Positions 10,977 to 22,105 are shown, counted from the stretch's first letter. The stretch is DNA of 35,430 bases from Octopus bimaculoides (GCF_001194135.2 NC_068999.1:41754111-41789540); one strand, 5' to 3'. A program made the numbers and translations. Notes: generated from the sequence alone by a model not told the origin.

Positions 10977-11320
10977 TTGCTTACCAACCACATGGTTCTG
11001 GGTTCAGTCCCACTGCGTGGCACCTTGGCCGACCAAAGCCTTGTGAGTAGATTTGGTAGACAGAAACTGAAAGAAGCCTGTCGTATATATGTATATGTGT
11101 ATGTGTGTGTATATGTTTGTGTGTCTGTGTTTGTCCCCCCCAGCATCGCTTGACAACCGATGTTGGTGTGTTTACGTCCCCCGTAACTTAGCGGTTCGAC
11201 AAAAGAGACCGATAGAATAAGTACCAGGCTTACAAAAAATAAGTCCTGGGGTCGATTTGCTCGACTAAAGGCGGTGCTCCAGCATGGCCACAGTCAAATG
11301 ACTGAAACAAGTAAAAGAGT
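10977..11320 (+). mobile_element. SINE family A with an internal deletion
   Basis: Matches 6422-6814 but jumps from CACCTTGG directly to CCGACCAAAGCC. Confidence 0.85.
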
Positions 11321-11896
11321 GAAAGAAGAAATATACGCCAAACCGTTGTCGTGTGCTAATTGCTGGTCTTCGCTGAGATGATTACCGTCAGTGTAAGCTA
11401 GTTGCTTGATAAGAAAAAACAAAACGTTGCCATGGAGTTAATTTAAATTCTAAACGCTCGAGTAGTTTTCATATTAAAGGAATGTACAGTAGTCACTTGG
11501 AAGGGTTGGTATTAAAAGGGTCAACAGCCGTTGTTTATTTTGCATATGATACATTTCGTCACTCTTGTCATACATTCCACCATTGCAAATGTTACGTCAT
11601 CAGTCAACAGGTGTCTGTAATGTTAATATTTCTGCAAGAGAGAAAACGGTTGAATGACAGTGTATATTTATTTATTTAATTTTGAAATCACATCTCAGTC
11701 TCGAAGGATAATTAAGTGTTATTGTTGTTATTTTAGGGCTTATGTTGATTTTATATTTTTGTTTTATGTTTCTTTTAATTGGTAAGATTTGTTTGTTTAA
11801 TGAGTTCTAATAATAAACGGAAGCACTGGTACAATGGGTTGTTTTTAAACATAATATAAATAACTTCGTTTATTAATGATGATGATAATGTTATTT

Positions 11897-12065
11897 TGAC
11901 ACAAGGCCAGCAACTTTGAGGGAAGAGGGAGCAGGTGATACTGTGGACTCCAGTATTTGGAAAGTACTTTATTTTGTTGACCCTGGAGAAATGAAAGGTA
12001 AATTTGACCTTGGTGAGATTTGAACTCAGAATGTCAAGAGCCGGAAGAAATACTGTAAAGCACAA
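11897..12065 (-). mobile_element. SINE family B, diverged
   Basis: GACACAAGGCC..GAAAGGTAAATTTGACC..GATTTGAACTCAGAA. Confidence 0.65.
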
Positions 12066-12140
12066 GGACAACACTGTTAGTGGGAGGGTGTTAGTCAATT
12101 ATAGTGACCCCTGTTCTTGACTGTACTTTATATTATCAAG

Positions 12141-12244
12141 CCAGGACTTATTCTTTGTAAGCCTAGTACTTAAAATCTATCAGTCTCTTTTGTCGAACTG
12201 CTAAGTTGCGGGGACATAAACACACCACCATCAGTTGTCAAGCG

Positions 12245-12279
<35 letters not shown>

Positions 12280-12389
12280 ACGGGCTTCTTTCAGTCTACC
12301 AAATCCACTTACAAGGCTTTGGTCGGCCCGAGGCGATAGAAGACACTTGCCCAAGGTGCCATGCAGTGGGCCTGAACCCAGAACCATGT
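12141..12389 (-). mobile_element. SINE family A, partial
   Basis: Reverse complement of the family A body; ends at an N-gap. Confidence 0.8.
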
Positions 12390-12729
12390 NNNNNNNNNNN
12401 NNNNNNNNNNNNNNNNNNNNNNNNNNNNNNNNNNNNNNNNNNNNNNNNNNNNNNNNNNNNNNNNNNNNNNNNNNNNNNNNNNNNNNNNNNNNNNNNNNNN
12501 NNNNNNNNNNNNNNNNNNNNNNNNNTTTTTACTGAAACAGGCTGACAGTTCATCTCCTGACCCAAGTTTCATGCCACTGTGTTTTCGTTAGCATGATCTT
12601 CAAGCAAGAGATCTTGCTTGAAGATCAGAGTGCCATAACACTTGAGTCATTAGACAAATTCTTTCAATATAAAAAAAAGACTATATGCTCTACATGTATT
12701 GAGCACTCTTCATTTGTCCAACATAACAC

Positions 12730-12902
12730 AGTGTATGTGTGTGTGTCTTCTACACCACTTGACAATCAGTATTTACATCCTCACAGCTTAGCAGTTAAGC
12801 AAAAGAGCTTGATAGAATAAGTACTGGGATGAATTTGTTTGACTTATCCTTGAAAGTGGTGCTCTAGCATGGCCTCAGTCTAATGATTGAAACAAGTAAA
12901 AG
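12730..12902 (+). mobile_element. SINE family A, diverged 3' half
   Basis: CACTTGACAA..GATAGAATAAGTAC..GTGGTGCTCTAGCATGGCC..GATTGAAACAAGTAAAAG. Confidence 0.7.
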
Positions 12903-13522
12903 TATTTGATGCAGAAGTTTTCCCCAAACTTTGCTCTATTTTTTTTTTTTTTTTTTTTTTCTTTTCATGCGTGGATGTAAGTTTAAAAATGGAACCTTCC
13001 ACGACATTTTTTTCAATGTCTGTGTTTATAAAGCTAGTTTTTCTTATCAACCAAAATAATATTGTTTTCACATAAGTTGTTGGATTTTTTTTTGTTACTC
13101 CTTTTTTTTTTTTTTTGTTTTGTTTTATACGTTCAGCTGTATGTTTTAAGTGGATTGATGGTGTTGTTTGACTTAATCTTGTTTATAAAACCAACTGCCA
13201 GAAACTTTCTGAACCAACATCTTGTTCTTATTATCTTCACTTTCTACATCTGTGGGCATATGAAGAGTCCAATAACCAACACAAACTCCCTAAATATACC
13301 TTGAGTGCATTCCAATTATAACTGCCCCCCTCCCCACCACCACCACCACACAAAAAGAATCCCTCATCAAATTAGTTAATCCTTCTAGAAACCATAGAGG
13401 AATATAAAGATAGCGCTTAACCCTGTTTTATGCATCGTTAAATAAATGAGAAGCAAATTCTAATTTACCATTACCTTATTACCTGATGAAACAAGTCAAT
13501 GTAGAATTAATTATCCTACGCT

Positions 13523-13945
13523 GTAAGAAGTTTACTTCTTAACCACGTGGTTTCAGGTTCAATCTCACTGTGTGGTACTTTGGGCAAGTGTCTTCTACTA
13601 TAGTGTTAGGCCGACTAAAGTCTTCTGAGTGGTTTTCTTAGACAGAAACAGAAAAAAACCAGTTGTGTATGTGTGTGTATTTATGTATATATCCATGTAT
13701 GTGTCTTTGTGCTGCGTTTGTCCGCCATTACTGCTTGACAGCTGGTGTTGGTTTGTTCATGTCCTTGTAAGTTAGTGGTTCAGTAAAAGTGCAATAGAAT
13801 AAGTAGCAGGCTTAAAAATAATTGCAGGAGTTTGATTCGTTCAACTAAATCCTTCAGAGCTGTAGTAGAAGGTACTTGGCCAAGGTGCTGCACAACGAGA
13901 CTGAACTGGAAATCCATAGTTCAAAAGCCAGCTTCTTGATCACAC
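13523..13945. mobile_element. Old SINE family A copy (+) followed by an inverted head fragment (-)
   Basis: + copy at ~13523-13855 (TTGGGCAAGTGTCTTCTACTATAG..GAATAAGTAG); reverse head at ~13860-13945 (GGCCAAGGTGC..GACTGAACTGGAA). Confidence 0.6.
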
Positions 13946-13970
13946 AGTTTTTTTCTAGGGTCAATAACAG

Positions 13971-14169
13971 TCAACAGAATTTTATGGGGCAGGGATAATT
14001 GCTCTCATTCAAAGGTGGAACATTGTTATTGAGAGAAACGGTGACTATGTTGAGAAGTAGGGATGTGATCCATAGAGGACCAGCTTCATTTTGATGTATG
14101 ATACATGTTCCTGTGTTGGTAATTATACCTGTCCTAAACAAAATGGCATTACTTTTTGATTCACCCTCG
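13971..14169 (+). mobile_element. Mariner 3' end fragment (second lineage) with TIR
   Basis: The + frame gives STEFYGAGIIALIQRWNIVIERNGDYVEK* (stop 14058-14060), a typical mariner C-terminus. It ends in ATTACTTTTTGATTCACCCTCG|TA (TIR, then TA target site running into (TA)n). Confidence 0.8.
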
Positions 14170-14173
14170 TATG

Positions 14174-14204
<31 letters not shown>

Positions 14205-14938
14205 TTCACACATTGCAGGTTTGTTTTATGCATAAATAAACATGTTAAACAAAGATTTGAAGCAACTATTCAAATTAAATATTAAAATTTTAATTTTTTA
14301 ACATTTTTAAATAAATATAATTAAGAGTTAACAATATGTTTCATAGAATAGAAACGAAATAGAAAATATTTCAAATGTCTTTGAATGTTTGTGATACATA
14401 AATGCGTTCCNNNNNNNNNNNNNNNNNNNNNNNNNNNNNNNNNNNNNNNNNNNNNNNNNNNNNNNNNNNNNNNNNNNNNNNNNNNNNNNNNNNNNNNNNN
14501 NNNNNNNNNNNNNNNNNNNNNNNNNNNNNNNNNNNNNNNNNNNNNNNNNNNNNNNNNNNNNNNNNNNNNNNNNNNNNNNNNNNNNNNNNNNNNNNNNNNN
14601 NNNNNNNNNNNNNNNNNNNNNNNNNNNNNNNNNNNNNNNNNNNNNNNNNNNNNNNNNNNNNNNNNNNNNNNNNNNNNNNNNNNNNNNNNNNNNNNNNNNN
14701 NNNNNNNNNNNNNNNNNNNNNNNNNNNNNNNNNNNNNNNNNNNNNNNNNNNTTGTGATGTCATGTCTAGGTCATTTATGTCATCTTGTTTATCTTCTGTT
14801 CTTTAAGTTTTGGAGATATGGATGGCTGAGGTGTGAAGGTGTTGGGTAATAATCTGCTTAGAGGTTAGCATCTTGGCAGCAAAAATCCATTTTGCTGTAA
14901 ATAAGATATTACAGAAGTGGAATAATAATTCTCTGCTA

Positions 14939-15331
14939 TAGGCGCAGGAGTGCCTGTGTGATAAGTAGCTTGCTTCCAAACCTCATGGTTCCGGGTTCAG
15001 TCCCACAGTGTGGCACCTTAGGCAAGTGTCTTCTACTATAGCCCCGGGCTGACCAAAGCCTTGCGAGTGGATTTGGTAGACAGAAACTGAAAGAAGCCCA
15101 TCGTATATATGTGTATATGTGTATATATATTACTGTGTGTATATATGTTTGTGTGTCTATGTCTGTTCCTCCAACATTGCTTGACAACCGATGCCGGTGT
15201 GTTTACGTCCCTGTAACTTAGTGGTTCGGCAAAAGAGACCGATAGAATATGTACTAGGCTTGCAAAGAATAAGTCCTGGGGATTTGCTCCAGTATGGCCA
15301 CAGTCAAATGACTGAATCGAATAAAAGAATA
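14939..15331 (+). mobile_element. SINE family A, near full-length
   Basis: TAGGCGCAGGAGTG..GGTTCAGTCCC..CAGTCAAATGACTGAA. Confidence 0.85.
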
Positions 15332-16062
15332 AGCAACAGCTGTGTTATAAACTTTGGCTGGCTGTGTTTAAGTCAAGTCTACTTTTGACAAGTCACCTGT
15401 GGTTGACTAGCAGGTTATCCAAAAGCAGATTTATCTCCTGTACCACTAAACGTTACAAACTGGAGATAAGCAGAGCCCCAATGGAATGTGAAGGGATTAA
15501 ATTGAAAGTGTGTGTGTATGCACACATGCTTTTGGTTCCTTGAGAGTAGTTCATATGCCATCATCTAAATCCCTTGATATCTGTCAGAATATACACAGCA
15601 ATCTCTTCCCCAGCTTTCCACACTTAAGAAACTAAACTGCTTTGTGTAAAGCTGCTTTAAGAGTCAGGTGGATTTGGCCTCAGAGAGTTTAATGTCTTAT
15701 CTGAGACTACAACAAAGTGACAGTGCTAACATATGGGCTGATAGTTCCATATGCTCACTTTGTTTTCACCTCTATCTTCTTACTGGTTCAGCCATCTGTG
15801 CTCTGAAAGCATGTATATGTGTGTGTGCTTCTATCCACACTTGATATCCTTTCTGCTCTAAATGTACACATTACTGGAATATAAGTAGTAAGTTAATTTG
15901 GCTTTCATAGCAGGGTGTGGTGACATTATTATTTTTTTTTTTTCTAATAGAACATGTGAAAATTGGAATTAACGTTGGGATGCTGGAGATAACTGAAGAA
16001 CTACTTATATCTTTACTTCTATCTGTAGAATATTAAGCATAAATATCTCTGCATGTGTGCGT

Positions 16063-16102
<40 letters not shown>

Positions 16103-16566
16103 TCACTCACTCACTCACTCACTCTTCATTATTTTTTTGTCATTGGTAGCTCATTCATCTACTAATAATTATGGAGAATTTTTTATGTATACGTACATTT
16201 ATAGATATATGCTGATCCCAAGTAATTTTATAGACCAACATAATACCACGACTTCTAGAAAAGAAAGAAAAATATTCTACAGACTAGATTTTATTAAGAT
16301 TTCCCTCGTCTCACTAGTCTGGCTAGAGAAGTGTATATTGATGTGTGTTATTGACATGGGTGTTTGTGTGTTTCATTCATTTATGTGTATCATACGTGGG
16401 GCAATACAAGAAAACGACCAACCTTATGTCTGCTGGTAATGTTGACATCAGTAAAGAATTCAGGTTTTGAGTGATAAACAAAAGGACTTCTGATTAAAAC
16501 AAGGACAGGATTTTAAAACTTACCCCTTCAGTGACTGCTTTTAATTTTTATCACAAAGGATTTAAA

Positions 16567-18069
16567 TCACAAGAAATCTTTGAATAATTCTTTCACTCTT
16601 TGGTTGTAATTATTCTGAAGTTGCTTGGTGTATTTGAGAATTGTTGCATCTCTTATTTTTGGTGAGCATTGCATTTTAGGTTCGTATCTTACCATACATG
16701 GTTGATAATGGTGTATCATTGCTATTTCTGGATCGACATTGGTTATAGTTAAGTTCTCAAAGATTGGTTTACTTACATGATGGATCCCTAATTCAAACAC
16801 TTTGTCTGGTTGAATCATAACCTTTGTCCGAACATTACTTATCGATTTGCTCCGATGTAGCCGTTGTAAGTAGCTCAACTGTTGGCTGTTCTCGGGGGTT
16901 TGCCAAGGATCAAAGAATGCACTTTTGAAAGAAAATCCTAATGTATTTTCACTGGTGTGATTTTTATTTAAGTCTTTCAAGTAATTTATGAGTCTCGGCC
17001 ATGTGTATGTTTTACGTGGGATGACAAATTCGTCTAAATCTGAAAACAGCAGGAACTGGAAGTTAGCCATATTTCTGTAGAGACAATCTTGTATTGCCAG
17101 AAGTTGCCCGTGGTACCATATGTTGTTGTTAGTTATAACTGATGGTAGCTCCCATTCAAAAAGCGTAGCTAAATTTAACTTGGCATAGTGATTTAATATA
17201 ACCCGAACACTGCTAGAAGCATTATGGAGATAGAAATGGAAATGTGAAGCTCCTAAAATTCGATTCAATTCTAAAAATTGTACAAGTTTTGTCATTCCAA
17301 CGGATCCAAACAAAGGAGGTATACAGACACCAAATAATTTCTTTGTTCCTGTTTTGGTGAGTGAAATTAAATCCATTTTTGTCAGTGGAGCAAGGATATT
17401 GTTGGTATAAAGAGACAGGTACACGACTTTAATGGATCCCATGCCTTTTGGCACCAGACAAGAATAAATCCATCCTCCAAACTTACGTCCATGGTTCTCG
17501 CACATCTCGTATTTAGTAGCATATGATTGCACCAAATATGTACCGTTTTTAAACCAGCAGACAAGTTTGCGGTTATCTTTAGCATCCTGTACAGCCAAAA
17601 TACGAATTCGATGCTTGGAGGGAATTCTTTGGTCATAAAATGTGGTCAGCACAAAAATACCCGATATATTTTGGAAACTTCCAGAATATGGCAGCTTCTT
17701 GCATTTAGAACAATTTGCTTTTGAATCTGAAATGTTTTCCAGTTTTGGTTTTATAGATTGAGGCATGTGTATATTTGCTTCACTGTAATTGCGTTTAATA
17801 ACGAAACTTTCTTTATTTTGATGCTGTTTGAGAATGTTTATTTTCTTTGGAAATGGTCGTTGTAGTTGCTGTAGATTTTCTACTTGTTCTGCTACCAATA
17901 CTGATTCTGTTGGTGCTGTGGTAGCTTTTACCGTGTTGTCATTCTCTTGTTGTTTAGCAATGAATTTTTGTGTTATGGGCTTATTGATTCTTTTGAGATG
18001 CGAGTGTAACATGAGGAAGATGATACAGTAAAGAAGCACCACGGATAGAAGGAACACATCTCGCTGCAT
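16567..18069 (-). CDS. Glycosyltransferase family 92 protein (GALT-1-like putative beta-1,4-galactosyltransferase), 500 aa, single coding exon, nested antisense in a PCCB intron
   Basis: 1503-nt open frame with an in-frame TAA 9 nt upstream of the ATG. Has an N-terminal hydrophobic anchor (VFLLSVVLLYCIIFLML) and a stem region. GT92-type motifs: GVCIPPLF, QFLELNRILGASHFHFY, WYHGQLLAIQDCLYR, DxD motif FSDLDEF, RTKVMIQPDKV..GIHHV, IHHY. Seven N-x-S/T sequons. Confidence 0.9.
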   Translation of the reverse strand: MQRDVFLLSVVLLYCIIFLMLHSHLKRINKPITQKFIAKQQENDNTVKATTAPTESVLVAEQVENLQQLQRPFPKKINILKQHQNKESFVIKRNYSEANIHMPQSIKPKLENISDSKANCSKCKKLPYSGSFQNISGIFVLTTFYDQRIPSKHRIRILAVQDAKDNRKLVCWFKNGTYLVQSYATKYEMCENHGRKFGGWIYSCLVPKGMGSIKVVYLSLYTNNILAPLTKMDLISLTKTGTKKLFGVCIPPLFGSVGMTKLVQFLELNRILGASHFHFYLHNASSSVRVILNHYAKLNLATLFEWELPSVITNNNIWYHGQLLAIQDCLYRNMANFQFLLFSDLDEFVIPRKTYTWPRLINYLKDLNKNHTSENTLGFSFKSAFFDPWQTPENSQQLSYLQRLHRSKSISNVRTKVMIQPDKVFELGIHHVSKPIFENLTITNVDPEIAMIHHYQPCMVRYEPKMQCSPKIRDATILKYTKQLQNNYNQRVKELFKDFL

Positions 18070-18078
18070 ATTTACTTA

Positions 18079-18113
18079 CTGTCTTTGGAAGAAGAAAGAG
18101 AAAAATATATTAG
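18079..18113 (-). promoter_or_regulatory. Splice acceptor upstream of the GT92 start codon (5'-UTR intron)
   Basis: The minus strand reads CTAAT (branch-like, 18113-18109), TTTTTCTCTTTCTTCTTCC, AAAG|ACAG|TAAGTAAAT-ATG. The first AG is ~27 nt after the branch A. Confidence 0.6.
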
Positions 18114-18769
18114 TTTTCTTCTTCATATATGGACTAACACTCACAAAAACAAACAACAAAAAAATAGTCAGTGCTTCATGCTTATAATTGTATTAAGTTA
18201 AAAGAAATAATAATAAAGTTCTAATTTTTGATAAATAAATAAAAAATTATTTTACTTTGCTGTTGTTATTTTACCATAACTCTCAGTCATTTTGCAATGA
18301 AAGCAGCATTTCCTTATTTATTTAATTTCTGTGTTTTAAATGATAGTGGTGTGACGATTTGAATCTGTTTTGTTTATTTGTACTGAGGAATTGTTGGCCA
18401 TTCTGTTAAGTATTGTGTTTGTTGGCTTGTTCCAAGAATCCACCCAAAAGCATAATTGTGAACAGATTTCCATGTAAAAAATATTTCAGACATATCTTTT
18501 GCACATGTGTGTGTGTGTGTGTGTGTGCACGCACACAATTACATTTTTATTTATATATATACACATACATATATATCTGCCTGTGTATATAATATACATT
18601 TATGTGTACATATATATGCGTGTATGTGCATTATGTATATCTGCATATCACCATCATTTAATGTCCATTTTTGACAGGAGCTAGCAAGGCCAGGAGCCAT
18701 GTGTGTGAGTGTGTGGAATATATAAAAAAAACACCTGTGCTGGCACCACAAAATATGTACCTAGTACAT

Positions 18770-18915
18770 TCTGCAAATCAGTTTGCATTAGTAAGGGCAT
18801 CCAGCTGCAGAAATCATGCCAGAACAGATTGGAACCTGGTGCAGCCCTCTGGCTCACCAATTCCTGTCAACCCATAGAACCCACATCAGAATGGGAAATG
18901 GATGTTAAATGATGT
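18770..18915 (+). mobile_element. Repeat family C
   Basis: TTAGTAAGGGCATCCAGCTG..GGATGTTAAATGATG. Confidence 0.6.
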
Positions 18916-18946
<31 letters not shown>

Positions 18947-19115
18947 TGGTAGAGCAAGCATGAGAAGTACATGGGTACATATTAATTTTTGATTTTTTTT
19001 TTTTAATCAACAATAACTTACAGAAGTGACTCAAGAGCATCTAGTTTCGTGTATATCACTTATCAAACTCTCTCTCTCTCTCTCCTCTTTCACAAACCTA
19101 TAATTAAAAACAAAT

Positions 19116-19368
19116 GTGCCGATGGGCTGGCTCCTGGGCAGGTGGCACGTAAAACACACCATTTCGAGCGTGGCCGTCACCAGTTCCGCCTGACTGGCCC
19201 TCGTGCCGGTGGCACGTAGAAGCACCACTACACTCTCAGAGTGGTTGGCGTTAGGAAGGGCATCCAGCTGCAGATTGGAGCCTGGTGTCTCCTCTTGGTC
19301 CACCAGTCCTCAGTCAAATCGTCCAACCCATGCTAGCATGGAAAGCGGACGTTAAACGATGATGATGA
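19116..19368 (+). mobile_element. Repeat family C, young-looking copy (CpGs retained)
   Basis: GGTGGCACGTAAAA (twice)..GGTTGGCGTTAGGAAGGGCATCCAGCTG..GGAAAGCGGACGTTAAACGATGATGATGA. Confidence 0.8.
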
Positions 19369-19649
19369 ATTAGGATTTTGTTTGTAAATATCCACGTTAT
19401 TTAATTTATAATTTGAATTACTTGTGGACAGAATTCTATAAGTCAACATCATTTTCACAGACCTTGGAAAATGTTTATCTGTTTCATATGCACTGAATGT
19501 AGGGATTTGTGTTTTTTCTAATTATTATAAAATATCTATGAAAACATAAAAATATTGAATAATATTGTTTTTGTCTGACTTTACGGAAAGTGAAAAGGAA
19601 ATGTATGTTATGTAAACAAAGATGGTTTTTATATACTTTTTGTATTGAA

Positions 19650-20074
19650 AACTAAAACATTTGACCTGTATAGTAAACATATATGATGAGTATGTATATG
19701 TATATACACCTATACATGTTCATGCATGTTTGTGTGTGCATGTATATATGAATATGCATGCCTGTGTAAGTATATTGTATGGATATATTAATACGTATGT
19801 GTGTATGCATATGTGTAGTATGTATGTGAATACATGTAAGTATGTATGTGTGTGTGTATTCTTTTATTCTTTTCAGTAATTTGACTGTGGCCATGCTGGA
19901 GCACTGCCTTTAGTCAAGCAAATTGACCCCAGAACTTATTCTTTGTAAGCCTAGTACTTATTCTATCGGTCACTTTTGCCAAAGTGCTAAGTTCTGGGGA
20001 CGTAAACACACCAGCATTGGTTGTCAAGCAATGGTGGGGGGACAAACACAGACACACAAACATACGCACGTGTG

Positions 20075-20116
<42 letters not shown>

Positions 20117-20391
20117 TAAGTTTGTATAGGGTTTGTGTATATATGTTATATAAATAAGAATATATATATTTGTTTTGCAAGATTTTTGATGTGAAATTGT
20201 GTGTTGAAACAGATGTTGTTGTACTTGGGGATGGTCATATTGCCAGTTTAGCCAATAAAAACACACGGACTGTATATATATATATTAGTACGAAATAAAT
20301 AGGGAGAAAAACTTACTGTACTCTTTAACATTGGTCCCCCTACATAATATATAAACATTTATTTCCATAAATATTTGTGTGTACATATCTA

Positions 20392-20433
<42 letters not shown>

Positions 20434-20620
20434 CATACACACATTCACACATGTATGTATACATTCATACATATATGACATATGTATATATGATGATATA
20501 TATATATATATACACATACACACACATGGTCCTCTATATATTTGTGTATGTGTGTGTGTATATGTTCTTACATGTATATAAAAATGTGTATATATGTACG
20601 TTCTTATATGTATATAAAGA

Positions 20621-20655
<35 letters not shown>

Positions 20656-21767
20656 TTGTTATGTGTATATAAAGGTGTGTGTATATATGTCTGTTTCCTA
20701 TATATCTGTATAGAGGTGTGTGTGTGTACACTTTCACGGATATGTGTGTACATGGGAATGTGTATGTTTTGATATTTGTATGAAGAGGTGTTCATGAATC
20801 TTTCACGTATTTTCTTACTGTGATATCATGTTACACACACACACACACACATTCAGAGATGTATATAAGACTTTGATTTTACGAGTTACTGACTACATAG
20901 TTAAATGTAAGTATATGTAAACAAACCCACATCACCATATGTAAATCAAACTCATGCACATACACACATACACACACACATATATATATATATTGTGTAT
21001 TTACCTTTAATCAGTGTCTTTAGAATATTCCCATTTCTCAAAGTAAAACTAATTCAGTGAATTTCTCAGATGATAAAAATATAGAAGCTCCTTTCTTCCT
21101 TTTTTTCTTCATCTCATGTTCCAAAGCCGAAAAGTAGATTCTTTAATCAGTTGTACAGCTCTTGAAGGATAAAATGATGATAGGAAGTGTGTTCAGCCTT
21201 CTGCCTGCTCTCATTCTCTCTCTCCCTCCCTCTCTCTCTCTCTTTCCTTTCTTTCTTTTTATTGTCTTTCATCTCTTCAGCACTTTCTTAAATAGTTAAA
21301 GGAAGTAAGAAAAGAAAGGAGAAAGAAGAGGAGTGGAATTAGAGAATTTGGTAAAGCCTGCTTCCCATTCAAGAAATTTTTGACTACAAGATGTTGTTGA
21401 TGGTAGTTCTCTTCTTTTAGCTGTTTGTTCTTCCCTTACCTTTTATATATATATTTTTTTGTTTCTTTTCTGTCGGTAAGGGGNNNNNNNNNNNNNNNNN
21501 NNNNNNNNNNNNNNNNNNNNNNNNNNNNNNNNNNNNNNNNNNNNNNNNNNNNNNNNNNNNNNNNNNNNNNNNNNNNNNNNNNNNNNNNNNNNNNNNNNNN
21601 NNNNNNNNNNNNNNNNNNNNNNNNNNNNNNNNNNNNNNNNNNNNNNNNNNNNNNNNNNNNNNNNNNNNNNNNNNNNNNNNNNNNNNNNNNNNNNNNNNNN
21701 NNNNNNNNNNNNNNNNNNNNNNNNNNNNNNNNNNNNNNNNNNNNNNNNNNNNNNNNNNNNNNNNNNN

Positions 21768-21817
<50 letters not shown>

Positions 21818-22105
21818 TGTGTGTGTGTATAGCTATAAGTATACGTGCATGTGCTTCTGCCAGCCAATGCTATTTTCAACTTTGTTGTTGGATATTACTG
21901 GTACTTATTTTATTGCTACTGCCACTGGGGTACTGAAAAGTCTGTGTATGTATATGTGTATATATGTGTATATATATGTTTGTATATATATGTTTGTATA
22001 TATTTATATATGTTTGTGTATATATATGTTTGTATGTATATGTGTGTATTTATGTATGTATGTATGTATGTATATATATGTATGTATGTATATATGTATG
22101 TATAG
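19650..22105. repeat. Belt of compound (TA)n/(CA)n/(TATG)n microsatellites
   Basis: Long pure and degenerate arrays at ~19670-19860, 20070-20115, 20385-20770, 20950-21000 and 21768-22105. Confidence 0.9.
19859..20065 (-). mobile_element. SINE family A 3' half embedded in a microsatellite belt
   Basis: TTTCAGTAATTTGACTGTGGCCATGCTGGAGCAC..GGGGGGACAAACACAGACAC. Confidence 0.8.

Noticed and set aside
11535-11612. Minus-strand CTGATGA...GAAATGTATCATA hammerhead-like arrangement
   Set aside because: Stem II cannot close (C opposite C at 10.1/11.1), the loop is long and stem I is weak; consistent with chance.
773-13489. Other CTGATGA heptamers (773-779 minus, 7106-7112 minus, 13483-13489 plus; also ~27777 minus)
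   Set aside because: None is followed by a stem II hairpin plus GAAA.
17382-18031. Short ORFs overlapping the GT92 CDS (17382-17636, 17527-17724, 17828-18031)
   Set aside because: Off-frame or antisense shadows of a real coding region, with no recognisable motifs.
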